NCBI RefSeq assembly: GCF_009914755.1
Contig: NC_060947.1
Direction: 5' to 3' (one strand)
DNA: 64,000 nucleotides
From: the human T2T-CHM13v2.0 reference genome, Homo sapiens
How positions within the stretch are numbered: the stretch's first letter is position 1; the number at the start of each line of letters is the position of its first letter. Made by a program: the position numbers and the translations under genes. Below are positions 16,641-30,510 of this stretch, piece after piece. The notes under the pieces are model-generated. The model saw nothing but the letters and a program-made list of their open reading frames with translations, was not told the origin of the DNA and made no database searches.

Positions 16641-17000
16641 AAAATCCTAATTCTGCCCCCCCAACAGAATAGACCCTCCTCTTGGCCAAAGGGAATCCCC
16701 AACAAACACCTAAAAAACTAGTTCTGGCCATAACAGGAAGCTGGATGTCAGACATGCCTCACTATACCTTTCCCCCACCTTGCAATTCAAGGACAACTGA
16801 CCAGCATTAACATTAAAACAGAAATTATAAGACTGACAGAACAGACAATCTCAACAAAATATCAAATTGTAAACAGGATATAAGACCATGCCAGGCAAGA
16901 TTAAGTCTCCACCCCAAGGTAAACAGATTCATATATTACATGCATGTTTGTTCAATATATATGTGTAAGGACCAATTCCATAAATATTCATAGCTCCTCT
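16641..17000 (+). mobile_element. MER65/MER4-group ERV1 LTR fragment
   Basis: AAAATCCTAA..CCCCCCAAC..GACCCTCCTCTTGGCCAAAGGG and CAACTGACCAGCATTAACATTAAAACAGA. No 3' terminus is visible. Confidence 0.6.
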
Positions 17001-18333
17001 GTTCAACCAAAAGACTTAGCCTTATAAAAATCTTGAAAAGAAGGATACTCTGAAGATCAATCAAAATTGAAGAGTCTCTCCATTGCTATTAAACTTTGAG
17101 GAACCACTAGCTGAGTATACTTGTCCAAGATTAAGCCTGTTTCTTATGCGTCCACATAGGTACCTGAGAAAGACACCACGACCTACACTTGTGAACCCCT
17201 AGAAGACCTAAATCTGTTGTTTTGCAAATAAACAGATAAGTAACATCCTTAATCCCTCCTACAGGTACTCAACCGTCTTGACAACTCTCATCCCAAACAG
17301 GTTTGCACCCCCAATGGATACCTATGGCAATGTTGTCACCTATTCAATCAGCCTATAACTTGTTTCTCATTTGGGATTATTAAACCCATTTACCAGTGTA
17401 TTGATAACATTTGGTTCAGGGGTTAATGTACAATAAAACAAGCAAAGCCCTCTAATATACAATTATATAACATCACTTATCTGGGTGTTAAGTAGGCAAT
17501 CAACCTTAAATTGGCTGGGATTGAGGCTGCCATTGGTTTATTGGCCCCATGGGTAAAATTTGCCTATCACAAGGCAACTCTTCAAAACTTTATTTCTTCA
17601 TCCTACACAATGTCTCATAAAACGGGGATACTTTAGATAAATTAAAACTTTCCCATCATTCCTTAGCAGATACAGCAATGAATAATAAATTAGCACTAGA
17701 TTACTTATTGGTTGAAAAAGGGGAGCATGCACTATGATCTTTAAAACCTGCTGCACTTGTATAAACACCTCAGGTCAAATAGAAGACAGTATACAGAGAA
17801 TATATGAACAAACTGCTTGGTTGTATACATACATAACCAAGGCACCAATCTCAACTCTATCTTATCAACCATTAAAAGCACCCTCCCAAGTCTCATTTGG
17901 CTTTTGCCCTTCCTAGGACCATTAATAGCTATCTTGTTATTACTAATATTTGGCTCTTACTTTACCTCTTGGTAAAGTTTGTGTCTTCTAGAATACAACA
18001 ATTATATATAAAGATAATGCTGGCACAAGGCTTCCTATCCATCCCATCATCGGACACAGAAAATAAAGTTATCCCACCTTTAGGCCCCTTAGAGCAGGCA
18101 ACCAGAGATTTTTTAATCCTCCAATACTAGGCAGGGCCTATGTCTATAGAATCATCAGGACATCACATGCGAAAGGACTTCCCCTGGCTCCCCGAGGTTA
18201 ATTGCAAACCCTTATGAGAGAATCCTATCACAGAGATCAACGTACACTGTCAGCAGAAAGAAGGTACAGAATGACCTTGGCCCTTCATCTCTCCCTAAGA
18301 TTAAGGGTTCTCTCATAAGTAGAGAAGGGATTA
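17001..18333 (+). pseudogene. ERV1 internal remnant: pol (integrase) C-terminus, env TM domain and polypurine tract
   Basis: Pol ends TYTCEPLEDLNLLFCK*. Env immunosuppressive-domain-like SLADTAMNNKLALDYLLVEKG starts at 17660, followed by CTMIFKTCC (CX6CC) from 17728. AGAGAAGGGA precedes the LTR. Confidence 0.8.
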
Positions 18334-18863
18334 TGTTAGGAAAACAGGAGCATCGGGGAGCCAGGGTGACACCATTTAAAAATCAACTCCATCTTAAAGC
18401 TAGCAAGGTACATTCCTTGCCAGTCATGACCCACGGGCCATAAGATGCTGATAGCTAACAAAGTAGTTTGGAAATGGTTGTGAGGATGAACTCCTAAAAA
18501 AGCAGAATGTCTAGATGTTCTGATACTGTATGACAACATATGCTATAGTTATAGTCATGCTTTGATGTATTCATACACTACAAGGCAAAGAAGACTTTCT
18601 TTAAATCAGCAAAGTACTAAATTTTGTCATACTGTCAGCTCACTTAAACACAGACATAACTTAGCTTAGCTTTTGCATTGGTAAGACCCCTATATAAAAA
18701 ATGTTTAAAACAAAGCTGGCACATTTCTCCTCTTGCTTTATGAGGAATCCCTACTCTGTAACTGAGTAGCTTTCAATAAAATATCTCTTTCTTACTGCAC
18801 TCTGTCACTTTCCTTGAATTCCTCTATTGGGGTCTGAATTGGGACCCCTTTTTTTCAGCAACA
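18334..18863 (+). mobile_element. ERV1 3' LTR (MER72/MER41-like)
   Basis: TGTT...AACA termini directly after the PPT, TATATAAAAA at 18691-18700 and AATAAA at 18775-18780. Confidence 0.75.
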
Positions 18864-19467
18864 CTTTTACCCTTCCTGATATATGCAATACTGATAGGAA
18901 GAGAACAACCAAAACAACAAAACAAACATCAATAACAACCTGGAGAGTCTTATATTATCCTTCAATATATCTGTGATTTATGAGTGTTTGTACTACACTG
19001 AATCTCTCTGGCCAAGACCAAGGAGGTTTTGAAACTGGGTTTTGAGGTCCTCTCAGTTTGTTCATCCCAGTTGCAGGAATCTGAATAAACCTCCTCCCAT
19101 ATTGGAGAAGCCTACCTATTTCCTTTTTCTTTTTGAAGGGAATTTCAATTATATCATATATTGAATCCTTTTTCCACCCTGTACTCTACAGTAAAATTAT
19201 TTTTTAATGAAAAGGAAAACTTTTGGTATTTATATTTTTGTATTTTAAAAGCATTGACTTTTGAGCCTATCTTCTTGATGTGGACTCAGAAAATGATATT
19301 TTGGAACTAGAAGACTGACTATTGACTTTTTCATTTTGCATTCCTTCTTTAACAATCCAAATATTGACAAAAGAAGGACTGGGATTCTATTAAGTGGGTA
19401 TCATTTTGAGAAAGAGATTTCCACTCTGGCTAAATGAGGAATGTTACATATAAGTAAGTGTAAATAA

Positions 19468-19766
<299 letters not shown>

Positions 19767-21651
19767 AAGAAAACCAACATGATTATATGTATAACATACA
19801 CATATACATATGTTATCCATGACAAAAAAAGTCTTGGTTGAAACAATAAAATGACTAAATATTTCCAAGGAGGCTATAGGGACAGATGAATAGTAGGACA
19901 AGTATAAAGTTTTAGTGAAACCTTAAATTTTAAGATGTAAGCAGTTCAAAAGGCAATGAAGGAGATCAAAAAAAGATGTTCAAAACTAAAGAGAGACAGA
20001 AGAAAGAAGTGTGATAAAAAACTTGTTTTAAGAATAATTAATAAACTTAGTATAAAATATGGAAGAGAAGTACAATAAAAAATACCGCAAATTTATAGAA
20101 TATTCATGGACTTGACAATATGTAAATGATCATATTCTCATAAATAGAGTTTTAGTGGAGTGGTTGTGGCAGAAATCAGACTGTAGTGTACTGAGAATTG
20201 CATGAAAGATAAGAAAGAATGTGAATGTAGAAAATACTAAGACGCATGTTTTAAGAAACCAAAAGAGAAATGACAGTGATCAGAATGGGACATTTTAAAT
20301 TAGGCCTATTTGTTGTTATTGCTGTTGCTTAAAGTGAGTAAGACTTGGGCATAGTTTTAGGAGAAAGGGAAGACCAAAAAAAAAAAAAAAAAAAAAACCA
20401 TGAGAGAGAAAGAGAGATAATTTATTAGATGAGATTCCTAATATGAGAAAGGTAGCAATCAAAAGTTATAATGGAATTGACCTTTACCTGGACTCATAGC
20501 CAATTCTATTCAATTGAAGATAAGAATTGAACAGAAGATGTCGATGAAAATATTTGGGAGACAGTGAGTCTCACACAAAATGACATCAGTTTTCTCAATG
20601 AATTGAAGAAGGTGAAATTATCTTGATAAAGATTGCTTGAGTTCAAACTGTTTTGAGGCCTGGTGTCTTGCAGGAAACTGTACTTTGCAACCTGACTGCT
20701 TACTTAGATAGTAGAAATCTACAGACCTTATGTATGAAGCTGGGTGATGAAATCTATTATGAGTGCAGCAAATTTGAATTTAGGGGCAAATGCTGTATTT
20801 CACCTTAATGGAATAATTAGTTTTCAGCTAGATCTTCTAAAAAGTTTAGTATATACGTTTTGCCTAAGTAATCTAGCATCTACTTATCTGGCCATCCTCG
20901 ATATGATTAGCAGCCCAGGCCCTAAATGCCTAACAGTATAGGAAAAGAAATCAGAACTATAACCTAGTTGATTCCATAGAAGAAAGGGTCTAATGGCCAT
21001 CTCTTTGGGACAATGTATGGTAAAACATGATATATGCAGTTCATGTAACTGCTGTTGTGCATACTGATAGAAGAAATGCCTTTTCTCCTCTGACCACAAT
21101 AAGGATCCAATTTCCCTGAGAGATCATACAATGTAGGAAAACTCTATCAACTACATTCTATATTGTTAGCATTTACCTTTTCTTGATGGACTTTGAGAAA
21201 TTGTAACTCCTGCCTCCTCTGGCTGGCTTACCTCTCATCTTTCTTTGCTATTGTATAAGTTTAGGAGTTAATTACACTGCTTAATTGTGTATTATTTTAA
21301 GTTTTGCTCTTTTGAGTCTGATGGGTGTGACCTTTTTCTCCTAGCTTAAATTTTGGCCAAAGGTACTAACATTAGAAAAGTTCTGTTATACAATTTTAAA
21401 ATGTTGCTCATAACAAGACTTCCAAATTTTGAAAAATTATGCAAAATTACCATGGGGTTTTATTTCCAGTATGCTTTAGACACAACGTACCATACCAATG
21501 AAAATGAGTTAATGATGATCATTATTTAATATTCTGTATTAAGTGTAGTTCATGTAAAGTGAGAGAAAATTGTTCAAACTTCTTCATGGTAGATTGGATT
21601 TATACACAGGGTTAAAATAGTTTTTTCAGCAGTAAAGCATCAATGTGTTTT

Positions 21652-22430
21652 TTACAATTTATTTTCTTAATTGACAAATAATAATTGCACATATTTATGG
21701 GGTACACAGTGTTGTTTCAGTATGTATAATGTATAGTGATCCAATCAGGGTGATTAGCCTATCCATCGGGTCAAACATTACTCATTTCTTTGTGTGGGAA
21801 ATATTTAATATACTCTTTCTAGCTATTTGAAACTATATATTATTGTTAGCTATAGTCATCCTATGGCAGTATAGAAAACTAGCACTTATTCCACCTATCT
21901 AGATGTAATTTTATTTCCTTTAACAAATCTCTCTCTATTCCTCCCTTCTTTTACCTTCCTCAGCCTCTAGTATCCTCTTTTCTATCTATGAAATCAACTT
22001 TTTTTTTAGGTTCCACTTATAAGTGAGAACATTCAGTGCTTTCTGCTCCTGGCTTATTTCACTTAACATAATGTCCTCCCGTTCTATCAATGTTGATACA
22101 AATTATAGGCTTTTATTATTTTACAGCTAATAATTTATAAAGTATACATACCATATTTTATTTATAAATTATTTTGTTTTTGGAAACCTAGGTTGATTCT
22201 ATATCTTGGCTACTAATGCTGCAATAAACACAGGGGTGCAGATGTCTCTTAGGTATAATGATTTCCTTTTTTGGATAAATGCTCATTAGTGGGATTGCTA
22301 AATCACATGCAGTTATATTTATAGTTTATTGAGGAATATCTATATTCTTCTCCATAGTCCTGTGCTAGTTTACATTCCCACCAACAGTTTATATGAGTTT
22401 CTTTATCTCTGCATCCTCATAAGGATTTGG
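21652..22430 (-). mobile_element. L1MA (MA4-like) 3' end
   Basis: T-rich tail, then ATAATAATTGCACATATTTATGGGGTACA, TTCCACTTATAAGTGAGAACAT and AGTTTACATTCCCACCAACAG. Confidence 0.8.
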
Positions 22431-24814
22431 TAGAAACTAGACTTTGACTATGGGTCATCAAGTCACCATGCAACCTGAACTGCCTATCATGAGCTGTGTT
22501 CTTTCTGACCAATCTGGCCATAAAGTGGGGCATGCACAGCAGCATTTCATCATCAAATGGAAGTGGTATATACATAACTGGGCTTAAGCAGGTCCTGAAG
22601 GCACAAGCAAGTTACATGAGGAAGTGGTTCAACTGCCCATGGGTCTCCATTCCTGTCACCCTGTCTTCTCTCCCCCAGCCTGCACCAATGATCTCATGGG
22701 AAGTTCCCTATGATCAATTGACAGAGAAAGAGAAGACCAGGGCCTGGTTTACAGATGGTTCTGCATGATATGCAGGCACCACTTCAAAAGTGGAAAGCTG
22801 CAGCACAATAGCCACTTTCTAGGACACCCCTGGACAGTGGCAAAGGGAAATCATCCCAGTGGGCAGAACTTCAAGAAGTGCCCCTGGTTGTGCACGTTGC
22901 TTGGAAGGAGAAATGACCAGATGTGTGATTATATACTGACTCATGGGCTGTAGCCAGTGATTTGGCTGGATAATCAGGGATTTGTATAAAAGCATTATTG
23001 AAAATTTGTTAACAAAGAAATTTGGGGAAGAGGTATGTAGACGGACCTTTATGAGTAGTCAAAACCTGTGAAGATATTTATATCCCATGTGAGTACTCAA
23101 CAAAAGTTGACCTCAGCAGAAGAGAATTTTAATCATCAAGTCGATAGAATGAATCATTCTTGGACACCACTCAGCCTCTTTCCTTAGCCACCTCTGTCAT
23201 TGCCCAATAGGCCCCTGAACACAGTGGCCATGGTGGCAGGAATGGAGGTTACACATTGGCTCAGCAACATGGACTTCAACTAACCAAGGTGGACATGGCT
23301 ACAGCCACCACTGAGTACCATTTGTCAGGAGCAGAGACCAACACTGAGCCCTCAATATAGTACCATTCCTCAGGGTGATCAGCCAGCTACTTGGTGGCAG
23401 GTTGATTATACTGAACCTCTTCCATCATGGAAAGGGTAGTGGTTTGTCCTCAACAAAATAGACATTTACTCTGGATATGGGTTTGAATATCCTGCATGCA
23501 ATGGTTCTGCCAAGACTGCCATCCATAAACTCATGAAATGCCTTATCCACCATCATGGTATTCCACACAGCATTGCCTCTGACCAAGGCACTCACTTTAC
23601 AGCTAAAGAAGTGCAGCAGTGGGCTCATGCTCATGGAATTCACTGGTTTTACCTTGTTCCCTATCATCCTGAAGCAGCTGGATTGATAGAATGGTGAAAT
23701 GGCCTTTTTAAGTCACAATTACAATGCCAACTAGGTGACAATACCTTGCAGGGCTGGGGCAAAGTTCTCCAGAAAGCTGTGTATTCTCTGAACTAGTGTC
23801 CAATATATGGTACTGTTTCCTCCCATAGCCAAGATTCACAGGTCAAGGAATCAAGGGGTGGAAGTGGCACCACTCATCATCTCCCCTAGTGACCCACTAG
23901 CAAAATTCCTGCTTCCTGTTCCTGCGACATTACATTCTGCTGGCCTAGAGGTCTTAGTTCCAGAGGGAGGAATACTGCCACCAGGACACACAACAATGAT
24001 TCCATTAAACTGGATGTTAAGATTACCACCTGGCCACTTTGAGCTCCTCCTACCTTTAAGTCAACAGGCTAAGAAGGGAGTTACAGTGTTGGCTTAGTTG
24101 ATTGACCCAGAATATCAAAATGAAATCAGTCTACTACTCCACAATTGAGGTATGGAAGACTATGCGTGGAATAGAGAAAATCCCTTAAGGCATCTCTTAG
24201 TATAACCATGCCCTGTGATTAAGGTCAATGGGAAACTGAAACAACCCAATCCAGGTAGGACTACAAATGGCCCAGATCCTTCAGGAATGAAGGTTTGGGT
24301 CACTCCACCAGATAAAAAAACCATGACCCACTGAGGTGCTTACTGAAGGCAAAAGGAATTCAGAATGGGCAGTAGAAGAAGGTAGTCAACAATACCAGTT
24401 ATGATCATGTGACCAGTTGCAGAAACAAGGACTGTAAATGTCATGAGTATTTCCTCCTTATTTTGTTAAGAACATATTTGTGCATGTATACACTTGTATT
24501 ACAAAACTATCATCAAAAGATCCTCTATTAGTAAGAGCCTGTATTAGATCCCGTATTCTACACTTGTAAGAAAATATTATATCTTCATCTTATTTTTCCT
24601 TTATTATGTGACATAAGATTTATTGACTTCTTATCAGCATTTAAGTGTTAACTTTATGTAATAGCATTTAGGTTAAGGATTAGTGCGCTTCCATTTGCAG
24701 AAAGGATAGCTGTATTGTGTTAGGCATAATTATGACCTTATCATTGTCTTTATTTGAAGATTATGTATGATTTCAGGAGATGGTGTTTGGGTTCAAGTTG
24801 ACAAGGGGTGAACT
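22428..24814 (+). pseudogene. HERV-L internal 3' half: RNase H, integrase and dUTPase remnants
   Basis: SWEVPYDQLTEKEKTRAWFTDGSA; integrase HGIPHSIASDQGTHF; dUTPase-like LEVLVPEGGILPPG..LRLPPGHF (ORF 23807..24097). The PPT-like GTTGACAAGGGGTGAACT precedes the LTR. Many stop codons. Confidence 0.9.
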
Positions 24815-25365
24815 TGTGATCGTTAATATTGAGTGTCAACTTGATTAGATTGAAGGATGCAAAGGATTGTTCCTGGATGTGTCTGTGAGGGTGCTGCCAA
24901 AGGACATTAACATTTGAGTCAGTGGACTGGGAGAGGCAGACCCACCCTCAATCTAGGTGGGGACCATCTAATCAGCTGCCAGTGTGACTAGAATAATGCA
25001 GGCAGAAGAAAATGGAATGAGGAGACTTGCTGAGTCGTCCAGCCTTCATCTTTCTCCCTTGCTGGATGCTTCCTGTACTCGAACATAAGGCTCCAAGTTC
25101 TTCAGCTTTTGGACCCTTGGACTTACACCAGTGATTTGCCAGAAGCTCTCAGGCCTTTGAACACAGACTGAAGACTGCACTGTCAGCTTCCATACTTTTG
25201 AGGTTTTAGGACTGGGACTGGTTTTCTTGCTCCTCAGCTTGCAGAGGGCCTATTGTGGAACTTCACCTTGTGATCCTGTGAGTCAATTCTCCTAATAAAC
25301 TCCCCTTCACATATATGTATACATATACGTATAGTCTGTCCCTTTAGAGAACGCTGACTAATACA
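24815..25365 (+). mobile_element. MLT2A (MLT2A2-like) HERV-L 3' LTR
   Basis: Begins TGTGATCGTTAATATTGAGTGTCAACTTGATT, ends CTGACTAATACA and has AATAAA near 25295. Confidence 0.9.
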
Positions 25366-25637
25366 GGATCTTCTGATATTTCCTTCACAATAGGAAGTTC
25401 CTCCTAACTTCACATCCAACCTTGGTCAAGGAGAAAAGGCTGCAGAGGCTGGATGCCACCATGCTGTCCTCCTTGACTTCCAGTTACCACAGAAGTGTCT
25501 CCACTTTCCCACTGCACTCTGGTGCTCTCCCTTCAACACTCCAGTCAAATGTTAGCTGCTTATTTATTGCTTTGATTTTCTTTTCCTGTGGGGGAGAAAT
25601 ATGCCAGGTGTCTCTAGTCAGCCATCTTGCTGATATC
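25366..25637 (-). mobile_element. 5' end of the same L1MA
   Basis: Minus strand reads CAAGATGGCTGACTAGAGACACCTGG, an L1 5'-end YY1-type motif. A TSD-like CAT(C/G)AATGTGTTTT occurs at 21638-21651 and 25638-25651. Confidence 0.7.
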
Positions 25638-26551
25638 CATGAATGTGTTTTGTAACAATTATTGAAAACTTCAATTCCATACAGTAAAAAACAAAATTCA
25701 GTTTTCCACAAGCTTAACATTACTCAATTATTTTGGTGTTTATATTAACTTTTATTTTCTAGAATATATAGGATACTTCCATTCTCAATTCAGAATGTTT
25801 TCTTTTTAAAATTTTTCTCGCTCGCCTATTATTTGTAAGGTCTTTTGCCTAGCACATTTTGCTTAGGCTGTTTTTCTACTAGAAGCTTTTTATGTTTGTT
25901 TGTTTTGACTTCTCTGTTTAGATTGTCCCAAGTATTATTTTTCTTTAAACATTGATCTCAAATATTTTTCCCAACGTTGTTTTTAAATTGTGCTAGCTTG
26001 TCCAACTTGGTATCATTCATTTGCGTGCTGTAGCACTGTGAGTAGAGCATTTCCATTACGCCATGCTACCATACGCATTCTGGTTTCTTAGCATATGCAA
26101 TAGGGTAAGACATTGCATTGACTTCTATTTTTACGTTTTGTGAAATTTTGCCAGTGGGTTTTCCTTTCTCTTTAGCACATGCAAAGATCTTAAGGAGATA
26201 AAACTTGCAAGATAAAAGGGTTTGAATTATGTAAAATCAGTGTAGTGATTAGATGTACTAAATCCCATCTGAACCCAAACCAATATGTTTTACATTAGAC
26301 ATTCTCTTTTGCTAATAATATGCATAAAAGAAGCCCTGAATTTATCTTATTACCACCCCATAATTTAGTTTTTAAATTGCACCAGTATCTGTCATTAAAA
26401 TGAAAGCTTATTAGGGTTTCAAAGGAATATTATCATGTCATGCTTTGAAACAGTAACTAAGCATCTCCCTATGTACCAAACTATCTGAAATTAAGAACCA
26501 CATATGAATATTCCACATTATAAAATAATTTTGAAGATGCCATTCATTTAG

Positions 26552-26900
<349 letters not shown>

Positions 26901-27004
26901 TGTATTTAGATTGTCATAATATATAGTTACCTGTTTAAAATTTTAGTCTGATATCAGGATAATGCTGTATAATTTGTTAACATTTGCCATTAAAATGTCA
27001 GGCT

Positions 27005-27322
27005 GGGGCTGTGTATAGTGGCACAAACTTGTAATCACAGCAATTTGGGAGGCCAAGGCATGAGGATTACTTGAGCCCAAGAGATTGAGACCAATCTGGG
27101 AAACATAACAAAACCCCATCTCTACAAAAAATTTAAAAATTAACCAGACATGGTGGCATGTGCCTGTAGTCACAGCTACTTAGGAGACTGGGGCAAGAGG
27201 ATTTCTTGAGCCCAAGAGGTCAAGGCTTCAATGTGTTATGATCATGCACAGCCCTCACACCTGGAAGAAAAGAGTGGGACCTTGACTCAAAATAAATAAA
27301 TAAATAAATAAAATAAATAAAA
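27005..27322 (+). mobile_element. AluJ with a (TAAA)n tail
   Basis: Diverged dimer with AluJ-type GAGGATTACTTGAGCCCAAGAG in both arms. Confidence 0.85.
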
Positions 27323-27335
27323 TAAATTTCAGGCT

Positions 27336-28937
27336 CAGAGGTACTATCCAACACAATCAAGCAAGAGAAAGAAATAAAAGATATTCAAATAGGAAGAGAA
27401 GAATTCAAACTATCTCCCTTTGCTGACGATATGATTCTATACATAAAAAATCCTAAAGATTCTGTCAAAAGGTTACTAGAACTGAAAAATGATTTAAAGA
27501 AAGCTTCAGGATACAAAAATAAATGTACAAAAACAGTAGCATTTCTATACACCAATAATGTCCATGCTGAGAGTCAAATCAAGAACACAATTCCATTTAC
27601 AATAGCCAAAGGAAAATGAAATACCTAGGAATGAAGCTAAGAAAACAGGAGAAAGGTCTCTACAAGAAGTTTCTTCATATAATTAGAAAAAAACTTTTCT
27701 AAAATTCATATGAAACTGAAAAAGAGACTGAGCATCCAGAATATCACATTACCTGACTTCAAACTACACAATAAGGCAACAGTAACAAAACCAGCATTGT
27801 ACTGGTACAAAAACAGTCACATAGATCAATTCAACAGAATAGAGAACTAAGAAATGAAACCATACTGCTTATAATAATCTGATCTTTAACAAAGTTGGCT
27901 AAAACAAGCAATGGGGAAAGGACTCCCTATTCAATAAATGGTGCTGGGATAACTGGCTAGCCATATGCAGAAGATTGACACTGGACCCCTGCCTTACACC
28001 ATATACAAAAATTAACTCAAGATTGATTAAATATTTGAATGTAAGACCCCAAACTATAAAAATCCCAGAAAAAAACTAGAAAATACCCTTCTAACCATTA
28101 GACTTCACAATAATTTTGGCTAAGTCCCCAAAAGTAATTTCAACCAAGACAAAAATTCTCCAAATAAGACATATAAGTGGCCAACAAACACATTAAAAAT
28201 TACTTAGCCTCACTAATCATCAAAAAAATGAAAATCAAAACCACAATGAGATACTATCTGTGATTAGAATGGTTACTATTAAAAAGTCAAAAAAGACAGA
28301 TGCTAGTGAGGCTGCAGAGAAAAGGGAACACGTATACACTGTTGGTGGGAAGGTAAATGAGTTCAACCACTGTGGAAAGCAGCTTGGATATTTCTCAAAA
28401 AACTTAAAGCTACCATTCAACCCAGAAATCCCATGACTGGTTACATACCCTAGGGAAAAGAGATCATTGTACCAAAACAAAAAAATACATGTTCACTTGT
28501 ATGTTCATCATTGCACTATTTAGAATAGCAAAAACATGGAATCAACTTAGGTGCCCATCAACGGTGGACTGGATAAAGAAAATTTGGTACATATATACCA
28601 TGGAATACTACGTGGCCATCAGAAAAGAATGAGATCATGTCCTTTGCAGCACCATAGATGGAGCCGGAGTCCATAATCCTAAGTGAATTAATGCAGGAAC
28701 AGAAAACCAAATACCACATGTTCTCACTTATAAGTGGGAGCTCAACATTGAGCACACATGGACATAAACATGGGAACAACAGACACTGCAAACTACTAGA
28801 GAGGGGAGAGAGGAAAGGGAGCTTGTGTTGAAAAACTACCTTTTGGGTACTATGCTCACTACCTGGATGAAATTATACCGATTTAACAAATCTGCACATA
28901 TACCCCCTGTATCTAAAATAAAAGTTGAATTCAAAAA
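27336..28937 (+). mobile_element. L1PA16/17-like 5'-truncated LINE-1 with internal deletions
   Basis: FADDMILYI remnant at ~27419. The 3'UTR GACATAAACATGGGAACAACAGACACTG ends in TCTAAAATAAAAGTTG. Confidence 0.8.
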
Positions 28938-29104
28938 TAAAATGTTAGGCTGTGCTAATCCACAAAAGACAGCATATAAGTCATTTTTGAAAAGGTGTTA
29001 TAAAAAATGTAAACTTTTAAAGCTATCAACAATGTTAATTATAATCAACATTTAGTTAAAAGACATATTTAACTATTCAGGAAAAAAAAACAGAGCTATA
29101 AAAA

Positions 29105-30510
29105 TTGGACACTGTATATTATATTAACATATAATATACATTCAGAAAAGTGGACAAACCACAATTGTATAACTCATTGAATTCTAAAAAGTGAAAACTC
29201 CTGGGTAACCACAACCTAAACCAGAAACAGAACATTAGCAGCACCCAGGAGCTTTGTTCATACTCCCTTGAAATTGCTGTCTTTTCTCCCTGCCACGCAA
29301 GGCTAAACATAGTGACTTCTCTCCACATACAATAATTTTGCCAGTTTTGAAGTTTATATAAATGTATTCACACATATAACATATGTGTGTACGTGTGTGT
29401 GTATGTATGTGTATGTGCATAAAATCTGGTCTCTTTAACTCAACATTAAATTTGTGAGATCCATCATTATTGTGTATAGATATAGTCCATTCAAGTTTCT
29501 ATGTACAATTTTCATTTGATTAATAAGCCACAATATATTTTTCCTATTCTACTCTTGATGGAAATTTGACGTGTATTCAGTTTTAGGCTGTAAGAATAGT
29601 GCTACGATGAGCACTACTGTAAATATCTTTTTGTAAACATAAGTATGCATTTTTTAGTATATACCTATAAATAGAATTGCAGGTTCGTAGAATATGCATA
29701 TATTTAGCTTTATTAGATACTACCAAATAGCCTTCCAAATTGAGTACATAAATTTATACTCCATTAGCGATGTGTGATGGTTCTAGTTGATGTCCATCAA
29801 CACTAACAATTGGTATTGTCTTTTTTTTCCATCTTGGGAGCTCCAGTGAGTGTGAAGTTCTATTTTACATTTCCCTAAGGACTAATGCAGTTAATATGGT
29901 TTCATATGTTTATTAATCATAAGAAATTCTCTTTTGTCCTGTCCTCTTGAGTATTTTGCTCTTTTATTATTTGAGTATCTTTTCTTATTTGAGCATTAAT
30001 TTCATTGAGTATTCATTTAAAATTAAATGAATTGTAGCATTTTATATGTTGTGGATATAGGGCATTTGTCAAATATACTAATTGCAAACATCTTCTTTTG
30101 TCTATGCCTTCCCTTATTTTCACAATAATAATTTTGATAAACAAGTTCTCAATTTAACATAATCCAGTAAATCTTTATTCCTTTATGCTTAGAACTTTAT
30201 GTGTCTCATTGAATATATATTTGCCAGTCTCTAGTTCATGAGGATATTCCAATATTATTTCATATAAAAACTTTACTGTTATACTTTTGAATTTAGATCA
30301 ACAATCCATCAGGAATTGATACTTGTGTGTGGTGTGAAGTCCCCCAAGATCAAGATTCCTTTTATTTCAACTGATTGGGCCCTATTTAATTAAAAGGAAC
30401 TTCTTTTACCAAGGCCCTTCAGTATCACCTTTATCATAAATCAAGTGAGTCAATTTCTGAATTCTATTCTGCTCCAATTGTCTACTTTTTTAACCTTGCA
30501 CCAAACCAAA
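29105..30510 (-). mobile_element. Old L1M (L1ME-like), resuming at ~39475-40395
   Basis: Degenerate reverse L1 3'/ORF2 motifs. The sequence continues colinearly after the L1MC insertion, with AGCATTT at both junctions. Confidence 0.6.

Noticed and set aside
17660-18130. Syncytin-like domesticated env
   Set aside because: It is frameshifted, has many stops and lacks an intact SU or long ORF.
19900-21640. Unique-looking stretch with short ORFs (20744..20941, 20884..21099)
   Set aside because: No recognisable protein similarity or coding bias. The first part looks like very old L2-like sequence that I cannot call confidently.
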